A DNA stretch of 64,000 nt, taken from contig JAIMBK010000002.1 in assembly GCA_023511535.1 (NCBI GenBank), positions 1,900 through 65,899 of the forward strand. Direction: 5' to 3'. Position 1 is the stretch's first letter. Every line of letters begins with the position of its first letter. The translations under genes were made by a program, and so were the position numbers. Shown piece after piece: positions 36,455 to 46,583 of the stretch. This DNA comes from Armatimonadota bacterium. GTDB lineage: Bacteria > Bacillota > Desulfotomaculia > Desulfotomaculales > Nap2-2B. The notes beneath the pieces are model-generated. The model saw only the letters and a program-made list of their open reading frames with translations. It was not told the DNA's origin and made no database searches.

Positions 36455-37431
36455 GCCCCGCTCACCCTGATCGCTTCCAGCGCCGCCGCCACCACCTGCG
36501 TCTGCAGTGAGGGCAGTTCCCCCTCCAGCACGCAGCCGGCCGCGCGGACGTGGCCCCCGCCCCCGAAACGCGCCGCCAGGCGGTTCACGTCCACCGCTTC
36601 CTTCGACCGGAAGCTGATCTTATAGCGGCCGGGGGAAATTTCCCGGAACAAAAGGGCCACCTCCACCCCCCGCACGGAGCGGGCGTAATTGATCAACCCG
36701 TTGACGTGCTCGTCCCTGGCCTCCAAACTTTCGAGCAGCCTGCGGGTTACGCTCATCCAGGCCACCCGCCCGCAGGGAGTCAGGCTTAAGGTGGGTAAAA
36801 CCGCCTCCAGCACCCTTAAGTGGGCCAGCGGTTTTTGTTCGTAAAGCTGGATATTAATCTCGTGCACCGGCGCCCCGCGTTCAATCAGCGCCGCCGCCCG
36901 GCGGTGGGTTTCCGGCGTGGTGTTTTCGTATTGAAAGGAACCCGTATCGGTAACAATCCCCGTATATAAACAGGCGGCGATCCCGGGAGTGATTTCCACT
37001 CCCAGCAGGGCGCACAGATCCTGCACGATCTCGGCCGTCGCCGCCGCCCGCGGGTCGATATAATTGTAGTGGGCAAAGGAATGGGAACTGACGTGGTGAT
37101 CGATATTGCAAACGGTCAGGCGGCGCTCCAAAAGAGGGCGCAGCGCCCCCAGGCGCTCGGGAACGGAGCAGTCCAGGACCATGAAGGTGTCGTAATCGCC
37201 GCCCAGGGCGGTTTCCCCGGTTAAAAAATCCGCCGTCCCGGGCAAAAAGCGAAAAAGCTCCGGAACCGGGTCGGGCAGGGCCATGGTTGCTTCCTTGCCC
37301 AGCCGGGCAAGCGCCAGGCCCAGCGCGGCCACCGAACCGACGCAATCGCCGTCGGGCATGATATGTCCGCTGACAATTACTTTCCGGGATCTCTGCAACA
37401 CCCCGGCAATCGCCTGCAGATCACTCTTCAA
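36451..37431 (-). CDS. nrnA: DHH/DHHA1 phosphoesterase (NrnA-like oligoribonuclease/pAp phosphatase)
   Basis: '[16 protein letters not shown]' (DHH motifs I/II), 'DHH' in '[10 protein letters not shown]', and DHHA1 '[10 protein letters not shown]'. Start probably TTG 37431 after GGGGAGA. Confidence 0.85.
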   Translation of the reverse strand: MKSDLQAIAGVLQRSRKVIVSGHIMPDGDCVGSVAALGLALARLGKEATMALPDPVPELFRFLPGTADFLTGETALGGDYDTFMVLDCSVPERLGALRPLLERRLTVCNIDHHVSSHSFAHYNYIDPRAAATAEIVQDLCALLGVEITPGIAACLYTGIVTDTGSFQYENTTPETHRRAAALIERGAPVHEINIQLYEQKPLAHLRVLEAVLPTLSLTPCGRVAWMSVTRRLLESLEARDEHVNGLINYARSVRGVEVALLFREISPGRYKISFRSKEAVDVNRLAARFGGGGHVRAAGCVLEGELPSLQTQVVAAALEAIRVSGA

Positions 37432-37786
37432 CTCTATCTCCCCTGCCCTTAATTTCTTCCAGCAGCTCCATGACCCGGGCGCCCCGGGCAATTGAGGGAT
37501 CGAACTTAAAGGTGATTTCGGGCGTGTACCGCAGCCGGATCCGCCTGCCCAGCTCGCCGCGGATAAAACCCCGGGCCTTCTGCAGGGCTTCGATGGCGGC
37601 CCTTTGTTCTTCGGGAGAGCCGTAAACGCTGGCGTAAATTTTCGCCGTACGCAAATCCGGCGCTACCTCCACCGCCGTGATGGTCACAAAACCGATGCGC
37701 GGATCTTTCATTTCGTGGAAAAGCAGATCGGAAACTTCCTTTTTGATCGCTTCCGCCAGCCTTTCCGGACGGTAAGACATGGACAT
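37421..37786 (-). CDS. rbfA: ribosome-binding factor A
   Basis: '[17 protein letters not shown]...[24 protein letters not shown]' is canonical RbfA. Confidence 0.95.
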   Translation of the reverse strand: MSMSYRPERLAEAIKKEVSDLLFHEMKDPRIGFVTITAVEVAPDLRTAKIYASVYGSPEEQRAAIEALQKARGFIRGELGRRIRLRYTPEITFKFDPSIARGARVMELLEEIKGRGDRVEE

Positions 37787-37796
37787 CCCCCCATTT

Positions 37797-37949
37797 GGTC
37801 GTGGGTCGTTGGTGGTTGGTCATTGGTGGTTGGTCGTGGGAATTATCATCGGGAATCACCTCTTCTGACGAAACACCACCAAAAAATTTGAAATAAACAA
37901 TTCTCCCGACTAAATCACCAACCACCAACCACTAACCACCAACCACCAA
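37797..37949. repeat. GGT-rich / ACC-rich inverted heptamer-repeat element filling the infB-rbfA intercistronic gap
   Basis: Left arm 37797-37840 (GGTCGTGGGTCGTTGGTGGTTGGTCATTGGTGGTTGGTCGTGGG) and right arm 37915-37949 (AACCACC/AACCACT repeats), separated by about 75 nt. Core 37920-37949 is identical to 8572-8601 and abuts the infB stop codon. Confidence 0.85.
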
Positions 37950-40784
37950 TTACGCCAGCTCCCGCTTGATCGTTTCGGTGGTGACGGCTTCGATGAGGTC
38001 GCCTTCTTCAATGTCGTTGAAGTTTTCCAAAGTCAATCCGCATTCGTAGCCTTCCGCCACTTCCCGGACGTCATCCTTAAAACGCTTCAGCGAATCCAGC
38101 CTGCCTTCGTAAACAAGCTTGCCGTCGCGGATGAGCTTTATTTTGGCGTCTCTGGTCAGCCTGCCTTCTTTCACGTAGCAACCGGCAATCGTCCCGACCC
38201 TGGAAACCTTAAAGATTTTCCGGACTTCCGCCCGGCCGATGGTCGTCTCCCGGTACTCCGGCTCCAGCAGACCGCTCATGGCCGCCTTGACGTCGTTGAT
38301 GGCGTCGTAGATCACCCGGTAGGTGCGGATGTCCACCTTTTCCGCCTCCGCCGCCCGGCGGGCATTGACGTCCGTCTTGACGTTGAACCCTAAAACGATG
38401 GCGCTGGAGGCCGAAGCCAGTAAAATATCCGTTTCGCTGATTAACCCCACGCCGCTGTGAATGATGTTCACCCGGACCTCGTCGGTGGAGAGGCTCTCCA
38501 GCGCTTTTTTCAACGCTTCCACGGAGCCCTGGACGTCGGCCTTCAGGATGATATTTAATTCTTTCATCTGGCCTTCCTGGATCTGCTTAAACAGGTCGTC
38601 CAGGGAAACCTTCGGCGCCGCGGCCTTGATTTCTTCTTCGCGCCTGCGCAGGATGCGTTTGGCGGCAATTTGCCGGGCCAGTTTTTCATCGGCCACCACA
38701 TACAGGAGATCCCCCGCCCGGGGAACTTCCGAAAAGCCCAGCACCTCTACCGGTGTCGAGGGCCCCGCGCTTTTGACGCGCCGGCCCAGGTGATCGGTCA
38801 TCGCCCTGACCCGGCCGGCAGCAGTTCCGGCCAGAACGCTGTCGCCCACGCGGAGGGTACCGTTTTGCACCAGCACGGTCGCCACCGGACCACGCCCTTT
38901 GTCCAGTTCCGCTTCGATAATCGTGCCGCGCGCCGGCCGGTTCGGGTTGGCCTTTAAGTCGCTGATTTCCGCCACCAGCAGGATCATTTCCAGCAGCGAC
39001 TTTAGACCCTGCCCGGTTTTCGCGCTCACCGGCACGCAAATGGTCTGGCCGCCCCACTCTTCGGGGACCAGTTCATATTCGGTTAACTGCCGCTTAACCC
39101 TTTCGGGGTCGGCTTCCGGTTTGTCAATTTTATTAATGGCCACAATGACCGGGGTGTTGGCCGCCTTGGCGTGGTTAATCGCCTCCACCGTTTGCGGCAT
39201 CACCCCATCGTCGGCAGCCACCACCAGCACCGCGATATCGGTAACGGAGGCGCCCCGGGCGCGCATGGCGGTAAAAGCCTCGTGGCCGGGCGTATCGATA
39301 AAAGTGATTTTCTGGTTATTATGCTCAACCTGATAGGCACCTATATGTTGGGTAATGCCGCCTACTTCGGTGGCCGTCACGTTGGTCTGCCGGATGGCGT
39401 CCAGGAGCGACGTCTTCCCGTGGTCAACGTGCCCCATCACGGTCACCACGCAGGGCCGCGGCTGCAGCAGGGCGGGATCGTCCTCCGGCTCCTGGCTGAG
39501 CAGGGCTTCCTGGTCCAGTTCAAATTTGACCTGCACCTCAAAGCCGAATTCTGCGGCCACGATAGCCGCCGTTTCGTGATCGATCTCCTGGTTGATGGTG
39601 GCCAGAACGCCCAGCGACATCAGCTTTTTGATCACCGCCGCCACGCTGATCTTCATTTTGCCGGCCAGTTCCTGGACCGTGATCGTCTCACCAATCACGA
39701 GCGGCTTTTTCTCCACCGCCGCCGGAGCCGTTTGTTTCGGCCGGGCTTCTTCCCGTTTGCGTTTTCCGCCGGGAATGGGGCGCAGCTTGCGTTCCGCCAG
39801 ACTATCTTCAACATCCCGCCATTCCCGGACCCGCTCGGGACGCCCGCGTTCTCTTTTGGCCTTTTCCGGGGGCTTTACCTCTTCCGGTACCCTCGGTACT
39901 TTCAGTTTCTCTTTTTCCGGCAAACCCTTTTTGCCGGGGACCGGCCCGCGGCTAATCTGCCCCCTGTCCGCCGGCGGCCTGGCCATTGTTTTCTTGGGGG
40001 GCGACTCCGGCTTCGGCCGCGCCTCGCCCGGTTTTCCGGCCGGTTTTGCTCCGGGGGCCGCTTTTGCCGCTGAAAAACCGTCCCGCCTGGACTCCGGCCT
40101 GGGTTCGGGCCTTACTTCCGTCCTGGGTTCGGGCCTCGCTTCGGGGGGCCTGGGTCCGGCCGGCCTGGGTCCGGCCGTTTTTGGTTCGGACAGTTCAACT
40201 TTCTTTTGTTCAACCGGCCCCGGTTCCGCCGGCCTGGCCGAAGAAACCGGGGAGACCCCTGGAGCAGGTCCGGCCGCCCTGGCCAGCGCACCGGGGAAGA
40301 AATCTCCCTTGGCAAAGGGACGCTCCAGGAAGCGCCGGTCCGGAGGCCGGGACGGAACCCGGTCGACCAGTCCCGGGCCGGGATCGTACCCTTTGTCCGG
40401 TCCATGTTCTTTGGGCCGGCTGATTTCAGCAGCCGGCGCCTTTTCGGCCGTTTTCTGCCCGGGCTGCTCTCCGGCCGCCTTTGGGGCGGATTTTTCCGTA
40501 GTCTTTCCTGGCTGAACGGAAGCGGCCTGCCCGGGAACTTCCGCCGCCGGTTTTACCTTCGCCGGGGTGGAAGCCGGAGCCGCCGGCCCTTTTGCTTTGA
40601 CTGTTTTCGTCTTTTTCCGTTCTCTTTCTGCGTTTATTTCCGCCACCAGGCGTTTGACGTCTGCTTCGTCCACCGCGCTTAACGCCGATTTTACCGGAAC
40701 GCCCAGGGAAGCAAGCCTTTGCATAACTTCTTTGCTTTCTATCTTGAGTTCTTTTGCCAGTTCGTGCACCCGTTTTTTGACCAT
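37950..40784 (-). CDS. infB: translation initiation factor IF-2
   Basis: '[13 protein letters not shown]' N-terminus, Pro/Ala/Lys-rich linker, and G domain '[16 protein letters not shown]'. Confidence 0.97.
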   Translation of the reverse strand: MVKKRVHELAKELKIESKEVMQRLASLGVPVKSALSAVDEADVKRLVAEINAERERKKTKTVKAKGPAAPASTPAKVKPAAEVPGQAASVQPGKTTEKSAPKAAGEQPGQKTAEKAPAAEISRPKEHGPDKGYDPGPGLVDRVPSRPPDRRFLERPFAKGDFFPGALARAAGPAPGVSPVSSARPAEPGPVEQKKVELSEPKTAGPRPAGPRPPEARPEPRTEVRPEPRPESRRDGFSAAKAAPGAKPAGKPGEARPKPESPPKKTMARPPADRGQISRGPVPGKKGLPEKEKLKVPRVPEEVKPPEKAKRERGRPERVREWRDVEDSLAERKLRPIPGGKRKREEARPKQTAPAAVEKKPLVIGETITVQELAGKMKISVAAVIKKLMSLGVLATINQEIDHETAAIVAAEFGFEVQVKFELDQEALLSQEPEDDPALLQPRPCVVTVMGHVDHGKTSLLDAIRQTNVTATEVGGITQHIGAYQVEHNNQKITFIDTPGHEAFTAMRARGASVTDIAVLVVAADDGVMPQTVEAINHAKAANTPVIVAINKIDKPEADPERVKRQLTEYELVPEEWGGQTICVPVSAKTGQGLKSLLEMILLVAEISDLKANPNRPARGTIIEAELDKGRGPVATVLVQNGTLRVGDSVLAGTAAGRVRAMTDHLGRRVKSAGPSTPVEVLGFSEVPRAGDLLYVVADEKLARQIAAKRILRRREEEIKAAAPKVSLDDLFKQIQEGQMKELNIILKADVQGSVEALKKALESLSTDEVRVNIIHSGVGLISETDILLASASSAIVLGFNVKTDVNARRAAEAEKVDIRTYRVIYDAINDVKAAMSGLLEPEYRETTIGRAEVRKIFKVSRVGTIAGCYVKEGRLTRDAKIKLIRDGKLVYEGRLDSLKRFKDDVREVAEGYECGLTLENFNDIEEGDLIEAVTTETIKRELA

Positions 40785-40802
40785 GAATTCACCTCCAAAA
40801 AA

Positions 40803-41075
40803 TCATGCCTCCTCGCCGAGCCCGTTCATCAAGTCCTCGATTACCTCCTTTGCCAGGGAACACTGCAAAGCTCTTTCAATGCTCCGCGCCTTGATCGCTT
40901 TCTGCACGCAAACCCGGTTGGGGCACACGTAAGCGCCCCGCCCCGCGCGCTTTCCGGTAGGGTCGATGGCAATTTTTTCTTCCGGGGTGCGGACAATCCT
41001 GATCAGTTCTTTTTTCGGCTTCATTTCCCGGCACCCCACGCACATGCGCAACGGTACTTTTTTCACCCTGGCCAT
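40803..41075 (-). CDS. ylxR: YlxR/RnpM-family RNA-binding protein (DUF448)
   Basis: 'PLRMCVGCREMKPKKELIRIV' is the DUF448 signature. Located between nusA and infB. Confidence 0.9.
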   Translation of the reverse strand: MARVKKVPLRMCVGCREMKPKKELIRIVRTPEEKIAIDPTGKRAGRGAYVCPNRVCVQKAIKARSIERALQCSLAKEVIEDLMNGLGEEA

Positions 41076-41085
41076 CGCAGCTCAC

Positions 41086-42162
41086 CTATGCGTCGGCATA
41101 ATATTCGGCGTACTCCTGCCGGTAAATTTCCTGGATTTGCGTTTCGCTCTTGATGTCGATTTTCCAGCCCGTCAGCTTTGCCGCCAGGCGGGCGTTCTGA
41201 CCGTCTTTGCCGATAGCCAGCGAAAGCTGGTAGTCGGGCACAATTACGCGCGCAATTTTTTCCTGCTCCCAGATTTCCACGGCGGTGACCTTCGCCGGGC
41301 TTAAAGAGGCGGCAATATACTTGGAGTAATCGGAATTCCACTTGATGACGTCAATCTTTTCGCCGTTCAATTCCCGAACAATGTTCTGGATGCGCGTACC
41401 CTTCGGCCCCACGCAGGCGCCCACCGGATCGACGTTTTCGTCCTGGGAGTAAACGGCGATTTTGGAGCGGTAGCCGGCTTCCCGGGCGATCCCTTTCAAC
41501 TCTACAATCCCTTCGTAAAGTTCCGGCACCTCCAGTTCCAAAAGCCGCTTTAAAAGACCGGGGTGGGTCCGGGAAACGAGGATTTGCGGCCCTTTCGTGG
41601 TCTTCCTGACCTCCAGGATATAGGTCTTCAACCGGCTTCCCGGGCGGTAAACCTCCCCGGGCAGCTGTTCCCCCGGAGTTAAAACAGCTTCCGCCTTCCC
41701 CAGTTCCAGGTAAACGTTCTTTTGCTCGGTGCGCTGGACGACTCCGGTCACAACGTCCCCTTCCCGGTTGGCATAATCCTCGTAAATCAGGTTGCGCTCC
41801 GCCTCCCGGATGCGCTGCATAACCACCTGTTTGGCCGTCTGGGCGGCAATGCGCCCGAAATTCCGGGGTGTGATTTCGGTTTCGATCACGTCCCCGACCT
41901 GATAATTGGGATCTTTCTGCCGCGCTTCGGCCAAAGCAATTTGAAACCGGGGATCCTCCACTTCCTCCACCACGGTCCGCTGGCTGAAGACCTGGAAATC
42001 GCCTGTTTCCCGGTTTATATGCACACGCGCGTTCTGGGCCGTGCCGAAATTGCGTTTATAGGCGGAAAGCAAGGCGGCCTCTATAGCCTCGACCAGTATG
42101 TCAACGGAAACACCCTTCTCTTTTTCTAAGGCATAAAGGGCTTCCAGAAACTCGTGGTTCAT
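41086..42162 (-). CDS. nusA: transcription termination/antitermination factor NusA
   Basis: '[18 protein letters not shown]' N-terminus, S1 domain and two KH domains. Start at Met23 of the ORF after GGAGG. Confidence 0.97.
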   Translation of the reverse strand: MNHEFLEALYALEKEKGVSVDILVEAIEAALLSAYKRNFGTAQNARVHINRETGDFQVFSQRTVVEEVEDPRFQIALAEARQKDPNYQVGDVIETEITPRNFGRIAAQTAKQVVMQRIREAERNLIYEDYANREGDVVTGVVQRTEQKNVYLELGKAEAVLTPGEQLPGEVYRPGSRLKTYILEVRKTTKGPQILVSRTHPGLLKRLLELEVPELYEGIVELKGIAREAGYRSKIAVYSQDENVDPVGACVGPKGTRIQNIVRELNGEKIDVIKWNSDYSKYIAASLSPAKVTAVEIWEQEKIARVIVPDYQLSLAIGKDGQNARLAAKLTGWKIDIKSETQIQEIYRQEYAEYYADA

Positions 42163-42181
42163 TTTGCAATCCCCTCCCTCC

Positions 42182-42661
42182 CTAAAATTCTGCAACCAGG
42201 CGGGCCGAAGCGATTCCGTCCAGGGCAATGGCTACTTCCCGGCCGTCAATCGTCAGCCTTACCTCTTCCTCGGAAGCTCCGATCAGCCGGCCGGTAAACT
42301 GTCTTCTGCCCGCGATGGGCGCGTACGTCTTGATCCTGGCCAGCCGGCCGGCAAAGCGCTGAAAATCGCCGGCTTTTTTCAAGGGCCGCTCGATCCCGGG
42401 GGAAGACACTTCCAGGACGTAGGAATTCGGAATGGGGTCTTTCTCATCCAGCAGCACGTCCAGCTTTTCCGAAAGCGCCTGGCAGTCGTCCAAAGTAACC
42501 CCGCCCGGTTTGTCGATAAAAACCCGCAGGTAGTAGCGGCCCGCTTCTTTGACGTATTCCACGTCCACCAGTTCCAGGTGCAATTCCTCGGCCAGCGGCA
42601 GGACCATCTCCGCGACCTGCGCCGTCACTTTTTTCCTCATCAGCCGGGGTACCCCTTCCAT
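42182..42661 (-). CDS. rimP: ribosome maturation factor RimP
   Basis: 'LELVDVEYVKEAGRYYLRVFIDKPGGVTLDDC' is typical RimP. Upstream of nusA. Confidence 0.9.
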   Translation of the reverse strand: MEGVPRLMRKKVTAQVAEMVLPLAEELHLELVDVEYVKEAGRYYLRVFIDKPGGVTLDDCQALSEKLDVLLDEKDPIPNSYVLEVSSPGIERPLKKAGDFQRFAGRLARIKTYAPIAGRRQFTGRLIGASEEEVRLTIDGREVAIALDGIASARLVAEF

Positions 42662-42965
42662 TTTTATCTTTATTTAAGACGAAAGAGTGGGCGCTACCCA
42701 CTCCTTTCTTCCAACAACTCGCTCACCAAACCGGTGTTTTCGCCGGAAAACCGCTCTCTCCCGGAAAACCACACCTAGTATACCACAGATCACTTCCGTT
42801 GACAAGAATATCAGGAGAAATAATTTATCAAAGGATCTTTAAAAAACTGCCGTGCCGCCGGTAGAATCCCGCCGGTAGAACCAACCGGGCGCCGGGGAGG
42901 TTCAAAAGCAAGCCAATGCGTGAAAAGCAATGCCCGGGGAGCGGCCATGTGGCCATCCATTCATA

Positions 42966-42994
42966 TTGACAGGTTTGGGGGTAATCTGTTATAT
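42966..42994 (+). promoter_or_regulatory. candidate sigma-A promoter for the XRE regulator gene
   Basis: TTGACA (42966-42971) - 17 nt - TTATAT, then a GAGGGTG RBS before ATG 43024. Confidence 0.4.
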
Positions 42995-43023
42995 GTAAGC
43001 AAACGATCCGAGGGTGCACTTTT

Positions 43024-43305
43024 ATGGGATATAAAGAAATCGGGCGCAAAATCCAAAAAGCACGGGAAGAGGCGGGGTTAAACCAGGAGGAACTGGCCGC
43101 GCGGATCGGCTTGAGCCAGGCCACCCTGTCCAACTACGAACTGGGGAAGCGCCGTCTGTACCTGGCCCAGCTGGAAGCCATCAGCCGCGAACTGGGCAAG
43201 CCGCTGCAGTATTTTTTGGAGGAAAACGACCGGCTGCCCGGCTCTCCCGGGCGGGCGTATCGGATAAAACCGGGGGGATGTCCGGAGGTAAAACATATGG
43301 TATAA
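43024..43305 (+). CDS. XRE-family helix-turn-helix transcriptional regulator
   Basis: 'IGRKIQKAREEAGLNQEELAARIGLSQATLSNYELGKR' is a classic HTH_3/XRE motif. Confidence 0.8.
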   Translation: MGYKEIGRKIQKAREEAGLNQEELAARIGLSQATLSNYELGKRRLYLAQLEAISRELGKPLQYFLEENDRLPGSPGRAYRIKPGGCPEVKHMV

Positions 43306-43339
43306 TTTTCTTAGAAAACGGAAAGGCAGGTGACCCCGA

Positions 43340-43585
43340 ATGAATTGGCAGGAGATAAGAAAGCTCTATCCCGATCAGTATGTCCTGGTCAAGATCCTGA
43401 AGTCCCGGACGGAAGGAAACAGGGAAATCATCGAGGACGTCGCCTTATTGCGTAACATTACCGACCCTGTTGAAGCTACCCGTGAGCTTACAAGAAGCAA
43501 GGGAGATACGCTTGTTTACCATACCGGCAATGAAGAGATGGTCCTGGAGATCAGAACAAGACCCGGCTACAGGGGAGTAATTTAA
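43340..43585 (+). CDS. hypothetical small protein (possibly DUF5678-like)
   Basis: 81 aa with compact spacing to its neighbours. 'YPDQYVLVK...' resembles DUF5678, but this is a weak recollection. Confidence 0.4.
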   Translation: MNWQEIRKLYPDQYVLVKILKSRTEGNREIIEDVALLRNITDPVEATRELTRSKGDTLVYHTGNEEMVLEIRTRPGYRGVI

Positions 43586-43589
43586 ACAG

Positions 43590-43781
43590 ATGAAGATCCA
43601 TTTCAGAGATGGACTGCTGTTTATTTCCCTGGAAATTATGTACAGGGGTAAGAAACAGACGGTAGAAAACATGGTGTTGGACACCGGTGCCGCCCGCACG
43701 GTAATTTCCCCGGACGCTGGTTGTTCACAACTCCCTGCAGGTTTTGGGCGGCATCGGTTACACAAACGTATTCCCGCTTGA
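43590..43781 (+). pseudogene. truncated retropepsin-like aspartyl protease (only about the first 45 codons look native)
   Basis: 'MVLDTGAARTVISPD' carries the D-T-G-A catalytic motif. The reading frame runs into the unrelated acyl-CoA dehydrogenase remnant near 43715. Confidence 0.5.
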
Positions 43782-43962
43782 ACGGATCTATCGCGACCTG
43801 CGGCTGGCCTCGATCTGGACCGGCACCAACGAGATCATGTCGGCAATTATTGCCAGCGAATGGTACAAAGAGTTTTTGGGATCGAAGAGGGACGGTTTAG
43901 CGCGCGACTTTGAAGCCGATGCCGAAGGCGCCGACGCCGTTGAGGAAAAGATATATGAATAA
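43711..43962 (+). pseudogene. C-terminal fragment of an acyl-CoA dehydrogenase gene
   Basis: Own extension of the frame gives '...VVHNSLQVLGGIGYTNVFPLERIYRDLRLASIWTGTNEIM', the conserved ACAD C-terminal helical motif. No N-terminal or middle domains lie upstream. Confidence 0.7.
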
Positions 43963-44136
43963 GGAACATGAGTTATGCACTTAGTGACACCGAAGCCCGG
44001 TGTTTTCAAATGTGAAGCTTATTGGTCTGATAGATCAGAAACAGGATGGTTCGGCGGTAACCTGAAGTGGAACCAATTATCATCAAGTGCATAAGCCGTG
44101 TTAAAAAGTAATTCGTTCGTTAAAACGCGTTAAATG

Positions 44137-44158
44137 CATTTTGCTCCAGAGCAAAATG
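44137..44158. promoter_or_regulatory. perfect 10-bp-arm palindrome CATTTTGCTC-CA-GAGCAAAATG followed by TATTTTTGTT
   Basis: Read directly. AT-rich spacer about 135 nt upstream of the DUF1156 methylase start. Could be a terminator relic or an operator. Confidence 0.35.
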
Positions 44159-44294
44159 TATTTTTGTTAGTTATAAATATTTCTTGCCTAAAAGGAAATT
44201 TTGCTTTCTTCCGCGAATTCTATTTTTATGCCCAAAACTGGAAAACGGTACGCAAAAACATTTACAAAACTCTTTTCATCCGGGAGGAAGGCTC

Positions 44295-46583
44295 TTGAGA
44301 GACATCGCCCCAGGCAAACAGACCGGTCCCCAAGGCGCGCTCCCCGTTAATTCTCACCAAAAAGAAAAACAACCCAAAGGAATTGAGCGCTGTTTTGACG
44401 TCCCTTTTGTAACCGGCCTGGCCAGGCGGGAAAAACAAATTCAACAAAACTACCGGCCGGTAATTGCCGTGCACAAGTGGTTCGCCCGCCGGCCGGGTAC
44501 GCTGTTTCGCGCCCTGCTCGTGGCCGAATTCGTTGCCGGACATTTGCCAACGAGCTACTTTCGTTCCCACAACCTGAAAGGAATACGCGTCGCCGACCCG
44601 TTTATGGGCGGAGGAACACCGCTACTGGAAGCAAACCGTTTAGGGTGTGACGTTTTAGGATACGATATCAATCCCATGGCTTACTGGATTGTCCGGCAGG
44701 AAATTCAACAACTCGATTTAAATGCCTATGCGGTTGCGGCCAGGGCTGTAGGGGAGCGGCTGGAAAAAGAGATCGGTTTTTTATACCGGACCAGTTGCAT
44801 TTACTGCCAGAATCCGGAGGCGCACGTAAAATATTTCCTCTGGGTTAAAGTGCAGCGCTGCCTGGAATGTCATCGCGAATACGCTCTTTTCCCCGGTTAT
44901 CTGCTGGCCGAAAATCGCCGGCACACTCACGATGTCCTGATCTGCCCAAACTGTGGAGAGCTGAATGAAGTAGACAACAGGCGCCAGCCGGGAAATTGCC
45001 GGAGTTGCGGCTCGGCGCTTGTGCTTACCGGTCCCGCCCGCCGGAACCGGTGCCCGTGCCCTCACTGCGGCAAAATAAATACGTATCCCAACAGCGAATC
45101 TGGACCGCCGGGACATCGTTTGGTTGCCATCGAATATCACTGTCCCCGGTGCCGCGTCAAACACCAGGGACGTTTTTTCAAAAAGCCGGACGAAGCAGAT
45201 TTAGCCAGATATCAACAAGCCGTGGCTATGTGGCAAGCCCTTACTCCTGTTTTCGTCCCCGACGAACAAATACCCGCCGGGGACGAAACGGATCGTTTGC
45301 ACCACTGGGGTTATCATTACTACCGGGAAATGTTCAACGAAAGGCAGCTTTTAGGATTAGAGCTGATTTGCCGGATGGTTACGGAACAGAAAAATCAAGA
45401 GGTGCGAAACGCTTTAGCCACTAATCTCTCCGATTTGCTCCGCTATCAAAACATGCTTTGCCGGTACGATTCCTACGCCTTGAAATCCCTGGATATTTTC
45501 TCGGTGCACGGTTTTCCGGTGGGTCTTTTGCAATGCGAGTCAAATCTTTTGGGTATCAAAAGCCCGCAAGGAACCAATATCGGCAGCGGGGGCTGGTCCA
45601 ACATCGTCGACAAGTTCATCAGGGCCAAAGAGTATTGCCGGCATCCCTTCGAGGTTACTTATTCCGGCGGGCGAAAGAGGATCGTCATGATCAACGGGGA
45701 ATGGATCGGCGAAACACGGGAGTGCGCCGGGCAACTGGAAAAAAAGGGGGTCGACCTGCGCTGCGCAAGCGCCACAACCGCTGAATTGCTGGCGCAAAGC
45801 TTGGATGCTGTGGTTACGGATCCCCCCTACTTCGCTAATGTTCAATACGCTGAATTGATGGACTTTTGTTATGTCTGGCTGCGCCGGCTCATTGCAAGCA
45901 ACGAACCTTGCTTCGCCGGCCCCAGCACGCGCAACGAAAACGAACTAACCGGCAACACCACCATGGAGCGCGGACTCGATTATTTTACGCAGGGCCTGGC
46001 CCAGGTTTTTCGCCGCTTTACGGTTGCCTTAAAACCGGGAGCGCCTTTCGTTTTCACTTTTCACCACAATTCTCCCGAGGCTTACTACCCCGTAGCCGTG
46101 GCCCTTCTGGACGCGGGTCTGGTTTGCACCGCTGCCATCCCCTGCCCCGCCGAGATGAGTGCCTCAATCCACATTAATGGCACCAGTTCATCGATTGTCG
46201 ACACCGTTTTTGTCAACCGGTCTACCGGCACCATTTCCCGGCGGACCCTCACCAGGGATGCCGCTACAATTGCCCAATTGGTCCTGGAGGATCTGGAAAA
46301 ATTGGCAGCAGGCGGCCTGAAACCAACCCTGGGCGACACCCGGTGCCTTCTCTTCGGCCATCTGACGCGCCTGGCCGTGTGGTATCTGCGCAATAACTGG
46401 AATGCAACGCTTTCCTCCCCGGAAAAGTTAAATCGAGTGGCCCGGTTTTTCCAGGAATCCGGGGGAGAAAAAATAATCGACTATTACATACCTAAAAACG
46501 TGATGATCTGCTCAAAAAGAACAGGCGCAATCCGGGAAGCAGACCTTAGTTACGGGGATGAAGATGATGAGATACCCTTTTGA
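44295..46583 (+). CDS. DUF1156-type DNA methyltransferase with multiple zinc ribbons
   Basis: 'RPVIAVHKWFARRPGTLFRALL' (DUF1156 signature), motif I 'DPFMGGGTPLLEANRLG...GYDINPMA', four CxxC...CxxC pairs, and motif IV 'VVTDPPYFANVQY' (about 45817-45828). Start set at TTG 44295 after GGAGGAAGG. Confidence 0.8.
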   Translation: MRDIAPGKQTGPQGALPVNSHQKEKQPKGIERCFDVPFVTGLARREKQIQQNYRPVIAVHKWFARRPGTLFRALLVAEFVAGHLPTSYFRSHNLKGIRVADPFMGGGTPLLEANRLGCDVLGYDINPMAYWIVRQEIQQLDLNAYAVAARAVGERLEKEIGFLYRTSCIYCQNPEAHVKYFLWVKVQRCLECHREYALFPGYLLAENRRHTHDVLICPNCGELNEVDNRRQPGNCRSCGSALVLTGPARRNRCPCPHCGKINTYPNSESGPPGHRLVAIEYHCPRCRVKHQGRFFKKPDEADLARYQQAVAMWQALTPVFVPDEQIPAGDETDRLHHWGYHYYREMFNERQLLGLELICRMVTEQKNQEVRNALATNLSDLLRYQNMLCRYDSYALKSLDIFSVHGFPVGLLQCESNLLGIKSPQGTNIGSGGWSNIVDKFIRAKEYCRHPFEVTYSGGRKRIVMINGEWIGETRECAGQLEKKGVDLRCASATTAELLAQSLDAVVTDPPYFANVQYAELMDFCYVWLRRLIASNEPCFAGPSTRNENELTGNTTMERGLDYFTQGLAQVFRRFTVALKPGAPFVFTFHHNSPEAYYPVAVALLDAGLVCTAAIPCPAEMSASIHINGTSSSIVDTVFVNRSTGTISRRTLTRDAATIAQLVLEDLEKLAAGGLKPTLGDTRCLLFGHLTRLAVWYLRNNWNATLSSPEKLNRVARFFQESGGEKIIDYYIPKNVMICSKRTGAIREADLSYGDEDDEIPF

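Noticed and set aside
37797-37840. G-quadruplex formation by the GGTTGGTGGTTGG tracts (similar to two-tetrad aptamer sequences)
   Set aside because: The G-runs are only two long, and a complementary C-rich arm nearby would favour duplex or hairpin formation. Pure speculation without support from the sequence alone.
39960-40520. Tandem GC-rich repeats (GGCCTGGGTCCGGCC etc.) and many overlapping ORFs inside the infB 5' third
   Set aside because: They encode the Pro/Ala/Arg/Glu-rich disordered N-terminal linker of IF-2 (GPRPAGPRP...). This is coding low complexity, not a separate element.
42828-43133. 101-aa minus-strand ORF overlapping the XRE promoter and gene start
   Set aside because: No RBS and no family resemblance. 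It overlaps a well-supported HTH gene and its promoter.
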